NCBI GenBank assembly: GCA_017451645.1
Contig: JAFTNZ010000009.1
Location: 115,729 to 179,728 of the forward strand
Direction: 5' to 3'
DNA: 64,000 nucleotides
Source of the DNA: Bacteroidaceae bacterium
GTDB taxonomy: Bacteria; Bacteroidota; Bacteroidia; Bacteroidales; Bacteroidaceae
The translations under genes and the position numbers were made by a program. How positions within the stretch are numbered: the first letter of the stretch is position 1; each line of letters starts with the position of its first letter. Shown here piece by piece: positions 1 through 10,772 of the stretch. The notes below the pieces were generated by a model, which made no database searches, was not told the origin of the DNA, and saw only the letters and a list, made by a program, of their open reading frames with translations.

Positions 1-59
1 TGTCCTATTGTTTTTTTTTGTACTTTAGCCACGTTATTGGACAAAAAAAACATCCGTTT

Positions 60-2123
60 ATGAACAGATACAACAACGCACACCGCTTGACCCGAGCAGG
101 CATTCTATACAGGACAGGCATCATACTGGCAGCCATTGCCATTATCGTCTATTTCTTCCCGCGCGAACATATATATAATTATGAGTTCGAACTGAACCGC
201 CCTTGGCGGTACGGTTCGCTGATAGCGACCTTTGATTTCCCCATCTACAAAGACGAGGCCAGTGTCAAGCAGGAGCAGGACAGTGTGCTGCGGAAATTCC
301 AACCCTACTTCAAGGAAGATGCTACAGTGGCCGAGAACCAACTGAAGATGCTGAAGAACCACGAAGGCAATCAGGCTCTGCAACAACTGCAACAAAAAGA
401 GGGTCGTTATCTGACCAGATTGGCGCGTACCCTACAAGAGATTTACCAACAAGGAATCATCAGCAACGAGGAACTGAACCGACTGAAGGAGGACAGCATA
501 CACAGTATCATGGTAGTGAAGGAAAGTTCTGCCACGCCGGTAGAGGTAAGCCACCTGCTCACAGAAAAAGAGGCTTACAAACGACTCGTCAATGCCGACA
601 CCACTCTACACATTCGCCAACTGCTGCAGCAGTGCAACCTGCAGAAGTACCTGACACCCAACATAGCCTACGACAAGGAGAAGTCGGAAACCGCCCGAAA
701 GGAGTTGCTTGCTTCCGTATCATGGAGCAGCGGCATGGTCATCAACGGCACCAAGATTATTGACCGGGGAGAGATTATCGACCCGCACACCTACAACATC
801 CTACAGTCACTCAGCCGGGAAATGCAGGACCGCAGCGAGACTCTCACCCAAAAGCGGCTCACCTTGGGCGGACAAGCACTCTTTGCAGGTATCCTCATCG
901 TCTGCTTCATTTTCTACCTCGATCTTTTCCGACGTGACTATTACGACCGCCATCGGACCATCCTGCTACTTATGGGGCTGATTATCTGCTTCCCCGTGCT
1001 GGCCTCGCTAATGGTGGCCCACAGCTTTTTCAATGTCTATATCCTGCCCTGTGCCATGGTACCCATCATCGTGCGGGTGTTCATGGATTCGCGCACAGCC
1101 TTCATGACTCACCTGATAATGATTCTGCTCTGCTCCATCGTGCTGCGCTATCCCTACGAATTCATTCTTGTGCAACTCACAGGAGGCATCACGGCCATCT
1201 ACAGCCTGCGCGAACTGTCGCAGCGCTCGCAACTCCTGCGGGCTGCCCTGTTGGTGACACTCGCAAGCATGCTGATGTTTCTGGCCTACGACCTCATACA
1301 CACCGACGACCTGACCAAACTCAACACCAGCATATACATCTATCTGGTAATCAACGGTGCACTACTACTCTTCACCTACCCGTTGCTTTTCATGTTAGAG
1401 AAGACCTTCGGATTCACCAGCAACGTCACATTGGTGGAGTTGTCCAATATCAATACTCCCCTGCTCAGACGTATATCAGAAGAGGCTCCGGGCACTTTCC
1501 AGCACTCGCTGCAGGTGGCCAACATTGCCGCCGAAGCCGCACGCGAAATCGGAGCCAACAGCCAGCTCGTGCGTACGGGGGCACTCTACCACGACATCGG
1601 CAAGGTAGAAAACCCCGTGTTCTTCACCGAAAACCAGTCGGGAGTCAATCCGCACAATGCACTGACCTTCACTGAGAGTGCACAAATCATCATCAGCCAC
1701 GTGACCGATGGCCTGAAGTTGGCCGACAAGTACAACCTGCCAGAGGTGATACGCCGCTTCATCGCCACACATCACGGATTGGGCATGACGAAATATTTCT
1801 ACATCTCTGAGAAGAACGCCCACCCCGACAGCGAAATAGACAAATCCCTATTCACCTATCCAGGCCCCAATCCCTCTACCCGCGAAGAGGCTATCCTGAT
1901 GATGACCGATGCTGTAGAGGCCGCCTCGCGCAGCCTACCCGAATACACCGAGGAGAGCATCAGTACATTGGTGGAAAAAATCGTCGAAGGACAAGTGGCC
2001 GAAGGCGCCTTCCGACAATGCCCCATCACTTTCAAAGATATTGAAACCATCAAAGGTGTGTTCAAAGAAAAACTGAAAACCGTCTATCACACCCGCATCA
2101 GCTATCCGGAGTTGAAAAAGTGA
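60..2123 (+). CDS. 7TM-HD family membrane phosphohydrolase (PgpH-like, putative cyclic dinucleotide phosphodiesterase)
   Basis: N-terminal TM, large extracytoplasmic domain, multi-TM block, then HD domain motifs PGTFQHS, YHDIGK, HHG, DAVEAASR. ATG at 60 preferred over the upstream alternative start. Confidence 0.88.
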   Translation: MNRYNNAHRLTRAGILYRTGIILAAIAIIVYFFPREHIYNYEFELNRPWRYGSLIATFDFPIYKDEASVKQEQDSVLRKFQPYFKEDATVAENQLKMLKNHEGNQALQQLQQKEGRYLTRLARTLQEIYQQGIISNEELNRLKEDSIHSIMVVKESSATPVEVSHLLTEKEAYKRLVNADTTLHIRQLLQQCNLQKYLTPNIAYDKEKSETARKELLASVSWSSGMVINGTKIIDRGEIIDPHTYNILQSLSREMQDRSETLTQKRLTLGGQALFAGILIVCFIFYLDLFRRDYYDRHRTILLLMGLIICFPVLASLMVAHSFFNVYILPCAMVPIIVRVFMDSRTAFMTHLIMILLCSIVLRYPYEFILVQLTGGITAIYSLRELSQRSQLLRAALLVTLASMLMFLAYDLIHTDDLTKLNTSIYIYLVINGALLLFTYPLLFMLEKTFGFTSNVTLVELSNINTPLLRRISEEAPGTFQHSLQVANIAAEAAREIGANSQLVRTGALYHDIGKVENPVFFTENQSGVNPHNALTFTESAQIIISHVTDGLKLADKYNLPEVIRRFIATHHGLGMTKYFYISEKNAHPDSEIDKSLFTYPGPNPSTREEAILMMTDAVEAASRSLPEYTEESISTLVEKIVEGQVAEGAFRQCPITFKDIETIKGVFKEKLKTVYHTRISYPELKK

Positions 2124-2218
2124 AGAATGAAGAACGAAGCATCAACATATGGGAATGACCAACGGGTGAAGAGTGAAGAACAATCGGATTCTTCACTCTT
2201 CACTCCTCACACTTCATT
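2121..2218. repeat. Heptamer-based (TGAAGAR)n / (YTCTTCA)n inverted repeat element
   Basis: tgaagaa-tgaagaa at 2121; perfect 15-bp inverted repeat gtgaagagtgaagaa (2166-2180) / ttcttcactcttcac (2189-2203), then further degenerate heptamers. Confidence 0.8.
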
Positions 2219-4670
2219 CTCCTTCGCTGATGTCATTCTTCCGCTACCTTTGGCAAACAGTTACACCTACCACCTCCCCCACGAAATGACGGACACGGTG
2301 GAGGTGGGCAGCCGTGTGATTGTACCTTTCGGGAAAAAGCGCTTCTACACAGCCATCGTTATCCACCTGCACAACACCCGGCCCGAAGGCGGATACGAGA
2401 TAAAATCGGTAACAGAGGTACTCGACCAGCATCCGGTGCTTTCACCCGGCCAGCTGAAACTCTGGAGATGGATAGCCGACTACTACCTCTGCACATTGGG
2501 CGATGTCTATAAGGCCGCACTCCCCTCGGGCATGAAGTTAGAAAGTGAAACACGCATCGAAATCAACCCCGACTATTCACTAACAGAAGAGAATTTTCTC
2601 CCCTACGAGGAAAAAATATTTCTCCTGTTAGGCGACAAGAAAGCACGCACCGTCGACGACATTGAGAAAGAGACGGGCATAAGGAACGCACTCCCCACCA
2701 TCAATGCTTTGCTACACAAGGAAGCCATCTCCGTGAAAGAAGAGATGAAACGCACCTACCGTCCCAAGACAGAAACGCGTATCCGGCTGGCCGGCACCGA
2801 CCGTAGCGAAGCCCACCTGCATCAATGGCTCGACCTGCTGAAACGGGCACCGAAGCAACAACAGCTACTGATGGACTTTATCGGAATGAATGCTCCCGAT
2901 GTCAGCAAGCGCACACTGCTTGCACACTCGGACACCTCACCCGTCATCCTCACCCAAATGATTGAAAAAGGTATTTTCGAACCTTTTACACAGGAGGTGG
3001 GACGACTGAAGGAGGTTGCTTCTCCATCCCCTTTCATCCCCACCAGCCTCAGCACCCTCAACCCACATCAACAAGAGGCTTTCGACAAGATAAAGGAAAC
3101 TTTCTGTACGAAGAGCATCTGCCTGCTCCACGGGGTGACTTCCAGTGGAAAGACGGAAATCTATATCCACCTCATCATGCAGGCTCTACAGGAAGGCAAG
3201 CAGGTACTCTACCTGTTGCCCGAAATAGCCCTGACCACCCAAATTACCGAACGACTCCAACGGGTGTTCGGCCCACGCCTCGGTGTCTATCACTCGAAGT
3301 TTCCGGATGCCGAACGGGTGGAAATCTGGCAGAAGCAACTCTCAGAAAACTATTATGATATCATCCTCGGCGTACGCTCGTCCGTCTTCCTGCCCTTTCG
3401 ACACCTCGGCCTCATCATCGTGGACGAGGAGCACGAAAACACCTACAAGCAGCAAGACCCTGCCCCACGCTACCATGCCCGTAGCGCCGCCACCGTGTTG
3501 GCCGCCATGCAAGGAGCCAAGGTATTGCTGGGCACTGCCACCCCCAGCATAGAGAGCTACTACAATGCCCTGACAGGGAAGTACGGGTTGGTGTCACTGA
3601 CCCATCGGCATCGCTTAATACAGTTGCCGGAAATACAGGTGGTGGATATTGCCGAACTGCGCCACAAGCGACGAATGAACGGTGCCTTCTCTCCTACCCT
3701 GTTGGAGCATATGCGTAGGGCCTTGGAGCAACACGAGCAGATTATACTTTTCCAAAACCGACGCGGATTTGCCCCCATGGTGGAATGCAAAACGTGCGGA
3801 TGGACGCCACGCTGCAAGAATTGCGATGTCAGCCTCACATACCACAAAGGGTTACACCAGCTCACCTGCCACTACTGTGGCTATACTTATCAGATTCCTG
3901 AAGCCTGCCCAGCTTGCGAGAGCACCGACATCCGCCACCGGGGATTCGGCACCGAACGCATCGAAGACAACATCCAACAGATTTTTCCCGAAGCACGCAT
4001 CGCACGTATGGATCTCGACACCACCCGCACACGCCAAGCATATGAGCGCATCATCAACGACTTCCAGCAACACCGTACCGACATCCTCATCGGTACACAG
4101 ATGGTCTCCAAGGGATTGGACTTCGAACACGTCAGCGTGGTGGGCATTTTGGATGCAGACTCGATGATGAACTTCCCCGACTTCCGTTCGCACGAACGAG
4201 CCTTCCAACTAATGGCCCAAGTAGCCGGACGAGCTGGGCGCAAAAGCAAGCAAGGCCTGGTGGTGTTGCAGACACGTAGCAAGGATGCACCCGTCATCAA
4301 TCAAGTGGTACACAACGACTATGCCGGTCTATACGACGACCAACTGGCCGAGCGCATGCTCTTCCGTTATCCGCCCTACTACCGCCTGTTCTATATCTAT
4401 CTGAAACACCGCGATGCTACCCTGCTCGACTCTCTGGCGCACACCATGGCCATACACCTCAAGCAGACCTTCGGTGACCGCATACTCGGCCCTACACCAC
4501 CTCCCGTAGCACGCATACAGACGTTCTTCATCCGCCAGTTTGTCCTCAAGATGGAAACTTCCGCCTCACCAGCCAAAGTGCGCGAACACCTTCAGCTCAT
4601 CCGCCATCGGATGTTGGACGACGAACGCTTCCGCTCCTGCACCATCTACTTCGATGCAGACCCTTGCTGA
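2127..4670 (+). CDS. priA: Primosomal protein N' (replication restart helicase)
   Basis: DVILPLPL N-domain, Walker A GVTSSGKT, DEEH, four CxxC pairs (CKTC, CKNC, CHYC, CPAC), GTQMVSKGLDF, QVAGRAGR. Confidence 0.97.
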   Translation: MKNEASTYGNDQRVKSEEQSDSSLFTPHTSFSFADVILPLPLANSYTYHLPHEMTDTVEVGSRVIVPFGKKRFYTAIVIHLHNTRPEGGYEIKSVTEVLDQHPVLSPGQLKLWRWIADYYLCTLGDVYKAALPSGMKLESETRIEINPDYSLTEENFLPYEEKIFLLLGDKKARTVDDIEKETGIRNALPTINALLHKEAISVKEEMKRTYRPKTETRIRLAGTDRSEAHLHQWLDLLKRAPKQQQLLMDFIGMNAPDVSKRTLLAHSDTSPVILTQMIEKGIFEPFTQEVGRLKEVASPSPFIPTSLSTLNPHQQEAFDKIKETFCTKSICLLHGVTSSGKTEIYIHLIMQALQEGKQVLYLLPEIALTTQITERLQRVFGPRLGVYHSKFPDAERVEIWQKQLSENYYDIILGVRSSVFLPFRHLGLIIVDEEHENTYKQQDPAPRYHARSAATVLAAMQGAKVLLGTATPSIESYYNALTGKYGLVSLTHRHRLIQLPEIQVVDIAELRHKRRMNGAFSPTLLEHMRRALEQHEQIILFQNRRGFAPMVECKTCGWTPRCKNCDVSLTYHKGLHQLTCHYCGYTYQIPEACPACESTDIRHRGFGTERIEDNIQQIFPEARIARMDLDTTRTRQAYERIINDFQQHRTDILIGTQMVSKGLDFEHVSVVGILDADSMMNFPDFRSHERAFQLMAQVAGRAGRKSKQGLVVLQTRSKDAPVINQVVHNDYAGLYDDQLAERMLFRYPPYYRLFYIYLKHRDATLLDSLAHTMAIHLKQTFGDRILGPTPPPVARIQTFFIRQFVLKMETSASPAKVREHLQLIRHRMLDDERFRSCTIYFDADPC

Positions 4671-4701
4671 AAGCATTGCCCCATCCTTAAGGAAAAGATA
4701 A

Positions 4702-4748
4702 CGTCCGGCACGAATCCCCACCTGTAAGGGAAAGATTCATGCCGGACG
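4702..4748. terminator. Hairpin between convergent priA and GH51 genes
   Basis: cgtccggcacgaatc ... gattcatgccggacg inverted repeat; no clear U-tract. Confidence 0.6.
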
Positions 4749-4769
4749 CTGTGAGTGTCAATCTTCAGG

Positions 4770-7247
4770 TCACTTCTCTGCTTTTATGCGCAGGATGGTG
4801 AATGAATATTTCGGGAATTCATACGAGAAAGTTCTGCCAAACCTACTGTAAACCTTTTCTACGGGTACGATTTTTGTAGGGTTGTCCATTGAATTCTCGT
4901 CGGCCAAATCGTCGGCCTTCAGAGTGATGGTACGTCCTTCAGATACCACATTGGTCACTCCTTCAAGGGTGAAGTCTATTACCTGTGCCTCGTCTGCAGA
5001 ATTGACAAATTTGATGATGATTTCTCCCGTCTCCTCATCATAACCCGATGCGAGGAATTTCTGCGGGATAGGTTTCAATTCGTTGTCGATGATGAGTTCT
5101 CCATCAACGTACAATCTGGCCACACGCGACGTCAGTTCAATGCGGATGTCATACCAGCGCCCCTCTTCAATTCGTTGGTGAATTTCACGGCTCACTACTT
5201 GATCACCCTGCGCATAGAGCTGTTGCAAGGCAGTAGTACGATTGCCCCATCCACCAATATTGAAGCGATACCCTTGCTTACCGTCTTCACCCATACCGAA
5301 AAAGATAAGGAAACCTTCGGCTCCGCTAATTTTGCGTGCCTTCAATTCAAGCGTATAGTTGTTTCCATAAATACCATCGTAAAGTTTTGTCAATACCTCC
5401 GTAGCTTTTGCCAAATCGGGCAAGATAGTGGTCTTTCCATTTTCGGTCACGCGGATGTCCTTGTACTCGGCTTCAGTATCCCATGTGCCCAATCCGACGG
5501 CTCCACTTCTGTATTCAACACTGTCAGGTGTGATGGTAGTGGCGCTGCTATATATATTATAGGTAGGACGGTTCTCGGCATACATCTTCTGCACATAGTA
5601 AGAGGTACGTCCCATCACTTGGTCGGTATCTATCCAAATGAGGTTGGTGGCCCATTCACGGTTGTTCACGTTCTCAAAGAGAGGAGCATATGAAGTCATG
5701 GTCACCAAATCGCCATTTCGCTCCATACCCGAAATGAAAGCAGCTTCCGAAAGGGCCGCATTCATATTACCACCTCCAACACCTTGATTGCAAGCATATT
5801 CACCCACGTACACTTCCCATTTTCCACGCTGTTTGGAGTCGAACAGAGTGGTATTTCGATAGAAAAAATCAGGAGCTACATACCAATGTGGGTCAATCAT
5901 GTCGGTCTTCTCAATGGCGCGATTCTCTTCTCGCAATCCGCTCATGTCATCATAGATGAGCGTCAATTGAGGATACTTTTCCTTGATGGCTTTGTAGAAA
6001 ATATCAAAACGCCGGTCATATTCGACTCCCCAATTCTCGTTTCCAATCTCCACATATTGTAAAGGGAAAGGTGCTGCATGGCCGTTCTTAGCACGAAGCG
6101 CCCCCCACTCGGTATCAAGTTCACCGATGGCATATTCGATAGCATCCATGCAATCGTCCAAATAGGCAGGAATCTCACTTTCAGGGCTTGCATCTCCCAT
6201 GCGGAACTGACATCCGAGACCTACGTTGCAAACGAACATCATCTTTGCACCAATATCTTCACAATATTGAAGCACCTCATGATACCCCATGCCGTATGAG
6301 CAACGGTATCCCCAAGTACTGTATTCGCCCGGACGAGCAGCTGGGTCGCCTAATGTCTTCTTCCAATCGAAGCGGTTGGGAAGTGAAATGCCCTCCACCA
6401 CACACCCGCCCGGCCAACGGAAGAAGGCTGGCTTCAGGTCGGCCAAGCATTGTGCAACGTCTTGGCGCATACCATTATAACGGCTATTGAATGTCGGTGG
6501 AAAAAGAGATACATAATCTAACCAAACCTTTCCCGTAGTGTCAAACTCTAAAGCCAAGCGTGCTCCGTTGTCCGAACTTGTTGGTTCAATCACTTTCAGT
6601 TCGTCCACCCACACTTCAGTTTGTTTCACATCAACGTTTGTCTGTCCGATGACTTTTCCGTCCTTGGCTAACAATTTGGCGGTGATAGTACCAGCATAAT
6701 CAGGGGCTTTACGGACAATGACACGCAAGGTATAAATCTGTCCTTTCTCAATATTCATCCCCCAATATCCCTCATTGATGAGTTGCACAGGTTTGTCTGC
6801 CTTATTGATGGTTACTTCCAGGTTGTTAGGCGCAGTTTCAAACATAGGCCTCTCCTTTGTCAAACGCATGGTAGCAATCGCTTCGTCAGCAGGTTGCAAA
6901 CTCCAAGCGCGAACGGGTTCACTATTCCAATGGAAGTTTGCTTCATGATTCACTCGTCCGCTCAAATGATTCTTCACAGGTGCGGGTTTCAGTCGTCCGT
7001 GCTCCACGCAATAGCCCTCGGGCATCTCCTTTTCTTCAAAACTGCGGTTTTGCACCAGTTCGGCATAAAGTCCTCCATCGCCTGCATGGTTGATTTCTTC
7101 AAAAAACACACCATACATATTGGGAGAAACGGATGCCCCCTTCTCAGCAACATCCAGTGTTACCGGTACTCCCTCAGATTGGGACACACATCCTGCCAAC
7201 AGGGCGGTAGCCATCATGGCAAGACATAAACAAATGGGTAGTTTCAT
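4770..7247 (-). CDS. Alpha-L-arabinofuranosidase, GH51, lipoprotein with an inserted concanavalin-like beta-sandwich domain
   Basis: Lipobox LLAGC; FFEEINHAGDGGLYAELVQNRSFE, RWPGGC, EIGNENWG, DPHWY, GEYA, ERNGDLV motifs typical of GH51. Confidence 0.9.
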   Translation of the reverse strand: MKLPICLCLAMMATALLAGCVSQSEGVPVTLDVAEKGASVSPNMYGVFFEEINHAGDGGLYAELVQNRSFEEKEMPEGYCVEHGRLKPAPVKNHLSGRVNHEANFHWNSEPVRAWSLQPADEAIATMRLTKERPMFETAPNNLEVTINKADKPVQLINEGYWGMNIEKGQIYTLRVIVRKAPDYAGTITAKLLAKDGKVIGQTNVDVKQTEVWVDELKVIEPTSSDNGARLALEFDTTGKVWLDYVSLFPPTFNSRYNGMRQDVAQCLADLKPAFFRWPGGCVVEGISLPNRFDWKKTLGDPAARPGEYSTWGYRCSYGMGYHEVLQYCEDIGAKMMFVCNVGLGCQFRMGDASPESEIPAYLDDCMDAIEYAIGELDTEWGALRAKNGHAAPFPLQYVEIGNENWGVEYDRRFDIFYKAIKEKYPQLTLIYDDMSGLREENRAIEKTDMIDPHWYVAPDFFYRNTTLFDSKQRGKWEVYVGEYACNQGVGGGNMNAALSEAAFISGMERNGDLVTMTSYAPLFENVNNREWATNLIWIDTDQVMGRTSYYVQKMYAENRPTYNIYSSATTITPDSVEYRSGAVGLGTWDTEAEYKDIRVTENGKTTILPDLAKATEVLTKLYDGIYGNNYTLELKARKISGAEGFLIFFGMGEDGKQGYRFNIGGWGNRTTALQQLYAQGDQVVSREIHQRIEEGRWYDIRIELTSRVARLYVDGELIIDNELKPIPQKFLASGYDEETGEIIIKFVNSADEAQVIDFTLEGVTNVVSEGRTITLKADDLADENSMDNPTKIVPVEKVYSRFGRTFSYEFPKYSFTILRIKAEK

Positions 7248-7360
7248 ACTGTTTATATTGGATCAAGTAAATTCCTCTTTGTGTATATCACCTCACCGGC
7301 AAACTCTCATAACGACAACAAGGAGCCAGACAAAGTCCTTCCTCACACCCTATATAGGGG

Positions 7361-8926
7361 TCATTTCTTCGGATAGTCGATGGTGTAGTGAAGTCCACGA
7401 CTTTCTTTGCGCTCCATGGCCTGACGGGTAATGAGGTAGCCCACGTTAATCATGTTGCGCAATTCGCAAAGTTCGCGAGTGGCCTTGCTGCTCTTGAAGA
7501 GTTTTTCCGTCTCTTCGTAAAGAATGTCGAGGCGGTTCCAGGCACGAATGAGGCGGGTGTTACTGCGCACGATGCCCACATAACACTCCATTATCTGGTT
7601 CACCTCTTTCATACTTTGGGTGATAAGCACTCGCTCTTCGTTGCTGATAGCTCCCTCGTCATTCCATTCGGGAACATCTTCATTGAATTCATAGCGATCG
7701 ATGACACTCAGGGCATGCTTGGCCGCTGCATCGGCATATACGATGGCTTCGATGAGCGAATTGCTGGCCAGACGGTTGCCACCATGGAGTCCTGTGCACG
7801 AGCATTCGCCGATGGCATAAAGACGACGGATACTGCTTTGTCCATCGAGATCGACGGTAATGCCTCCGCATAGGTAGTGTGCGGCGGGTGCAACGGGAAT
7901 GTAATCTTTGGTAATATCGATGCCGATGGAAAGACACTTCTTGTAGATATTCGGGAAGTGGCGGCGCGTCTCTTCAGGATCTTTGTGAGTAACGTCGAGA
8001 TAAACGTGGTCGTCGCCCCGATGCTTCATCTCGCTGTCTATGGCACGAGCCACAATATCGCGTGGTGCCAACGAAAGACGAGAATCATACTTCTGCATGA
8101 ATTCCTTCCCGTCCTTGGTGCGGAGCACACCACCATAACCGCGCATGGCCTCGGTGATGAGGTACGAAGGACGGTCGCCAGGATGATAGAGAGCAGTGGG
8201 ATGGAACTGGATGAACTCCATATCCTTGACGGCTCCCTTGGCCCGATAGACCATAGCAATGCCGTCGCCCGTAGCCACCAGCGGATTGGTTGTGTGGCGA
8301 TAGACAGCCTCACAACCTCCTGTAGCCATAATAGTGACCTTAGAGAGGAAGGTGTCCACCTCGCCCGTCTGCTCGTTGAGCACGTAGGCACCGTAGCACT
8401 TGATGCCGGGTGTATGGCGGGTGACAATGATGCCGAGATGGTGTTGGGTGATAATTTCCACGGCAAAAGAATTCTGGAAGACAGTGATGTGAGGATGTGC
8501 CTGCACGGCCTTGATGAGCGATGTCTGTATCTCCGCCCCAGTATTATCCTTGTGGTGCAGGATGCGGAACTCCGAGTGTCCGCCCTCCTTGTGAAGATCG
8601 AATTTACCATCGGTGTTCTTGTCAAAATCGACCCCCCATCGAATCAGTTCCTCTATCTGTGAGGGAGCATTGCGCACCACCTTCTCCACGGCTGCAGGGT
8701 CACTTATCCAGTCACCCGCAATCATGGTGTCTTCAATGTGCTTCTCAAAATTGTCCACTTCCAGATTGGTGACGGAGGCGATGCCTCCTTGTGCGAAATA
8801 GGTGTTGGCTTCTTCCATTCCAGCCTTGCAAATCAAGGCTACGGTCCCCTTGTGCGCCACCTTCAGCGCAAAGCTCATACCAGCCAATCCGGAACCGATT
8901 ACCAGGAAATCAAACTTTCTAACCAT
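7361..8926 (-). CDS. nadB: L-aspartate oxidase
   Basis: GSGLAG FAD motif, AQGGIA, EGGHS, QFHPT, LITEAMRG, LAPRDIVARAI, HYLCGG, GLHGGNRLASNSL, ESRGLH. Confidence 0.96.
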   Translation of the reverse strand: MVRKFDFLVIGSGLAGMSFALKVAHKGTVALICKAGMEEANTYFAQGGIASVTNLEVDNFEKHIEDTMIAGDWISDPAAVEKVVRNAPSQIEELIRWGVDFDKNTDGKFDLHKEGGHSEFRILHHKDNTGAEIQTSLIKAVQAHPHITVFQNSFAVEIITQHHLGIIVTRHTPGIKCYGAYVLNEQTGEVDTFLSKVTIMATGGCEAVYRHTTNPLVATGDGIAMVYRAKGAVKDMEFIQFHPTALYHPGDRPSYLITEAMRGYGGVLRTKDGKEFMQKYDSRLSLAPRDIVARAIDSEMKHRGDDHVYLDVTHKDPEETRRHFPNIYKKCLSIGIDITKDYIPVAPAAHYLCGGITVDLDGQSSIRRLYAIGECSCTGLHGGNRLASNSLIEAIVYADAAAKHALSVIDRYEFNEDVPEWNDEGAISNEERVLITQSMKEVNQIMECYVGIVRSNTRLIRAWNRLDILYEETEKLFKSSKATRELCELRNMINVGYLITRQAMERKESRGLHYTIDYPKK

Positions 8927-9081
8927 GGTCTTTTTGTTTCATTTGCGCCGCCCGAGAACTCCCTGTGACGGCAGATGTTCCTAAAATTGCAGACAAAGGT
9001 AGTGTAATCTGAGTGTAGAACAAAAGATTTTCCGCTATTTTTTCAAATAAAAGCCCTATCTTTGCCGAAAAATTGACTCCC

Positions 9082-9483
9082 ATGAACCGAATATTCCATG
9101 CCCGCTTGCCGTGGCACACACGGCTGTTACTCGTTATGCTCACAGCTATCGTGCTATGGGCCTTCTGGGTGAAACTGATTCTACCGGCTACCGTCACCTT
9201 GCTACTGGTAGTAGTACTCATCGAACGTATCATACACACCACCTACACAGTGACAACCGATGGAGAGTTGCTGATTTACCACGGGCGTTTTTCACCCACG
9301 CGAGAAATTGCCCTGACGGACATCCGACGTATCGAAAAGGTGAGAAGCAACAACTTCGGGAAGTGGCATCTGGCTGATTTTCTGGTAATCTACTATGGTG
9401 AAGAACCAGAGAAAAGCATCAGCCTGCTGCCAGACAAAGAGATGGAATTTGTAGAACATATCCAAAAGATGCGCCGCCTATGA
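9082..9483 (+). CDS. Small membrane protein with possible bacterial PH-like C-terminal domain
   Basis: Two N-terminal hydrophobic helices followed by a beta-rich region; TATCTTTG promoter element at 9057; stop overlaps the dacB start. Confidence 0.7.
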   Translation: MNRIFHARLPWHTRLLLVMLTAIVLWAFWVKLILPATVTLLLVVVLIERIIHTTYTVTTDGELLIYHGRFSPTREIALTDIRRIEKVRSNNFGKWHLADFLVIYYGEEPEKSISLLPDKEMEFVEHIQKMRRL

Positions 9484-10646
9484 AACGCTTCAGTCTGCTT
9501 TACACACTCTGCCTGTGCCTGACCTACGCCATGGGACAGCCACTGTCCAGCCGGCTCGACCAACTGCTGGCCGACACATTGTTAGCCGACTCAGAGGTAG
9601 GACTGATGGTGTATGACCTCGACGATGACACCTTATTATATAGTTATCAGGCAGAGAAGCTCTACCGACCGGCCTCGGTAATGAAAATCGCTACGGCCAT
9701 CGCAGCCTTGGAGACATTGGGACAGAATCACCGCTTTGCCACCACCCTCTACTACACCGGTATCACCACTCCTGACAGCACCTTGCAAGGAAACCTCTAT
9801 GCGGTAGGAGGATTCGACCCCCTGTTCAAACTGACGGACATGGAGATTTTTGCCTCTGCTGTGGAGCAGGCTGGCATTCGGCACATCGATGGAAGCATCG
9901 TGGCAAATATCTCTCTAAAAGACACACTCCGTTGGGGAAGCGGCTGGTGTTGGGACGACGATATGCCTCCACTCACCCCACTGCTCTGCGAACAAACCGA
10001 TAGTTTCACGCAAATGCTATGTCAAACAATGGCTCGAAAGGGCATCAGGATATCAGATTCCACTACCCGCTACTCGGCTACACCGCCCGACACGGTAATG
10101 ACACTGCTGGCACAATCGACACACACACTCATTGAAGTGATGGACCGCATGATGAAGAAGAGTGACAATCTGCATGCCGAAGCCCTCTTCTACCACTTAG
10201 CCGCACACCAAAGCGGACAGCCCTATGCCTCATCCGAGGAAGGGGGGAAAGTCGTCAAGAGGTTGATTGGACAACTGGGGTTCAAAGGAAAGGGATTCCG
10301 CATAGCAGATGGTAGCGGTGTATCACTCTACAACTACCTGTCACCGGCTATGCTCACAGCCATGCTTCGCCATGCTTATCGCCACCCCCGAATCTATCGT
10401 CCACTCTACCGCTCACTGCCCATAGCCGGTGTAGATGGCACACTGCAACACCGCATGAAAAAGACAGCCGCCTACCGCAACGTGAGGGCCAAGACCGGCA
10501 CAGTAACAGGAGTCAGCTCGCTGGCAGGATATGCCCATGCACCAAACGGTCATACATTGGCCTTTGTCGTCATTAACCAAAACATACTGCGTGCACGAGC
10601 TGCACGCCAATGGCAGGACCGACTGTGCCATGAACTGTGCCGTTGA
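9480..10646 (+). CDS. dacB: D-alanyl-D-alanine carboxypeptidase/endopeptidase (peptidase S13, PBP4)
   Basis: PASVMK (SxxK), SDN (SxN), DGSG, KTG motifs; signal peptide. Confidence 0.93.
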   Translation: MKRFSLLYTLCLCLTYAMGQPLSSRLDQLLADTLLADSEVGLMVYDLDDDTLLYSYQAEKLYRPASVMKIATAIAALETLGQNHRFATTLYYTGITTPDSTLQGNLYAVGGFDPLFKLTDMEIFASAVEQAGIRHIDGSIVANISLKDTLRWGSGWCWDDDMPPLTPLLCEQTDSFTQMLCQTMARKGIRISDSTTRYSATPPDTVMTLLAQSTHTLIEVMDRMMKKSDNLHAEALFYHLAAHQSGQPYASSEEGGKVVKRLIGQLGFKGKGFRIADGSGVSLYNYLSPAMLTAMLRHAYRHPRIYRPLYRSLPIAGVDGTLQHRMKKTAAYRNVRAKTGTVTGVSSLAGYAHAPNGHTLAFVVINQNILRARAARQWQDRLCHELCR

Positions 10647-10650
10647 GCAA

Positions 10651-10770
10651 CAACATAAATATGCAAAAATGGGTTATTTACGCAAAAAGATGCAAAAAAG
10701 CAACGTACAATGCATACTATATGCGCAAATTTTGCTACTTTTGCATCCGTTTTTAGAATAATTATACGAT
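10651..10770 (+). promoter_or_regulatory. arg operon promoter with ARG-box-like palindromes
   Basis: TACTTTTG -7 element at 10736-10743; imperfect palindromes tgcatactatatgcg (10711-10725), acataaatatgca and agaataattatacga directly upstream of argR. Confidence 0.6.
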
Positions 10771-10772
10771 AA

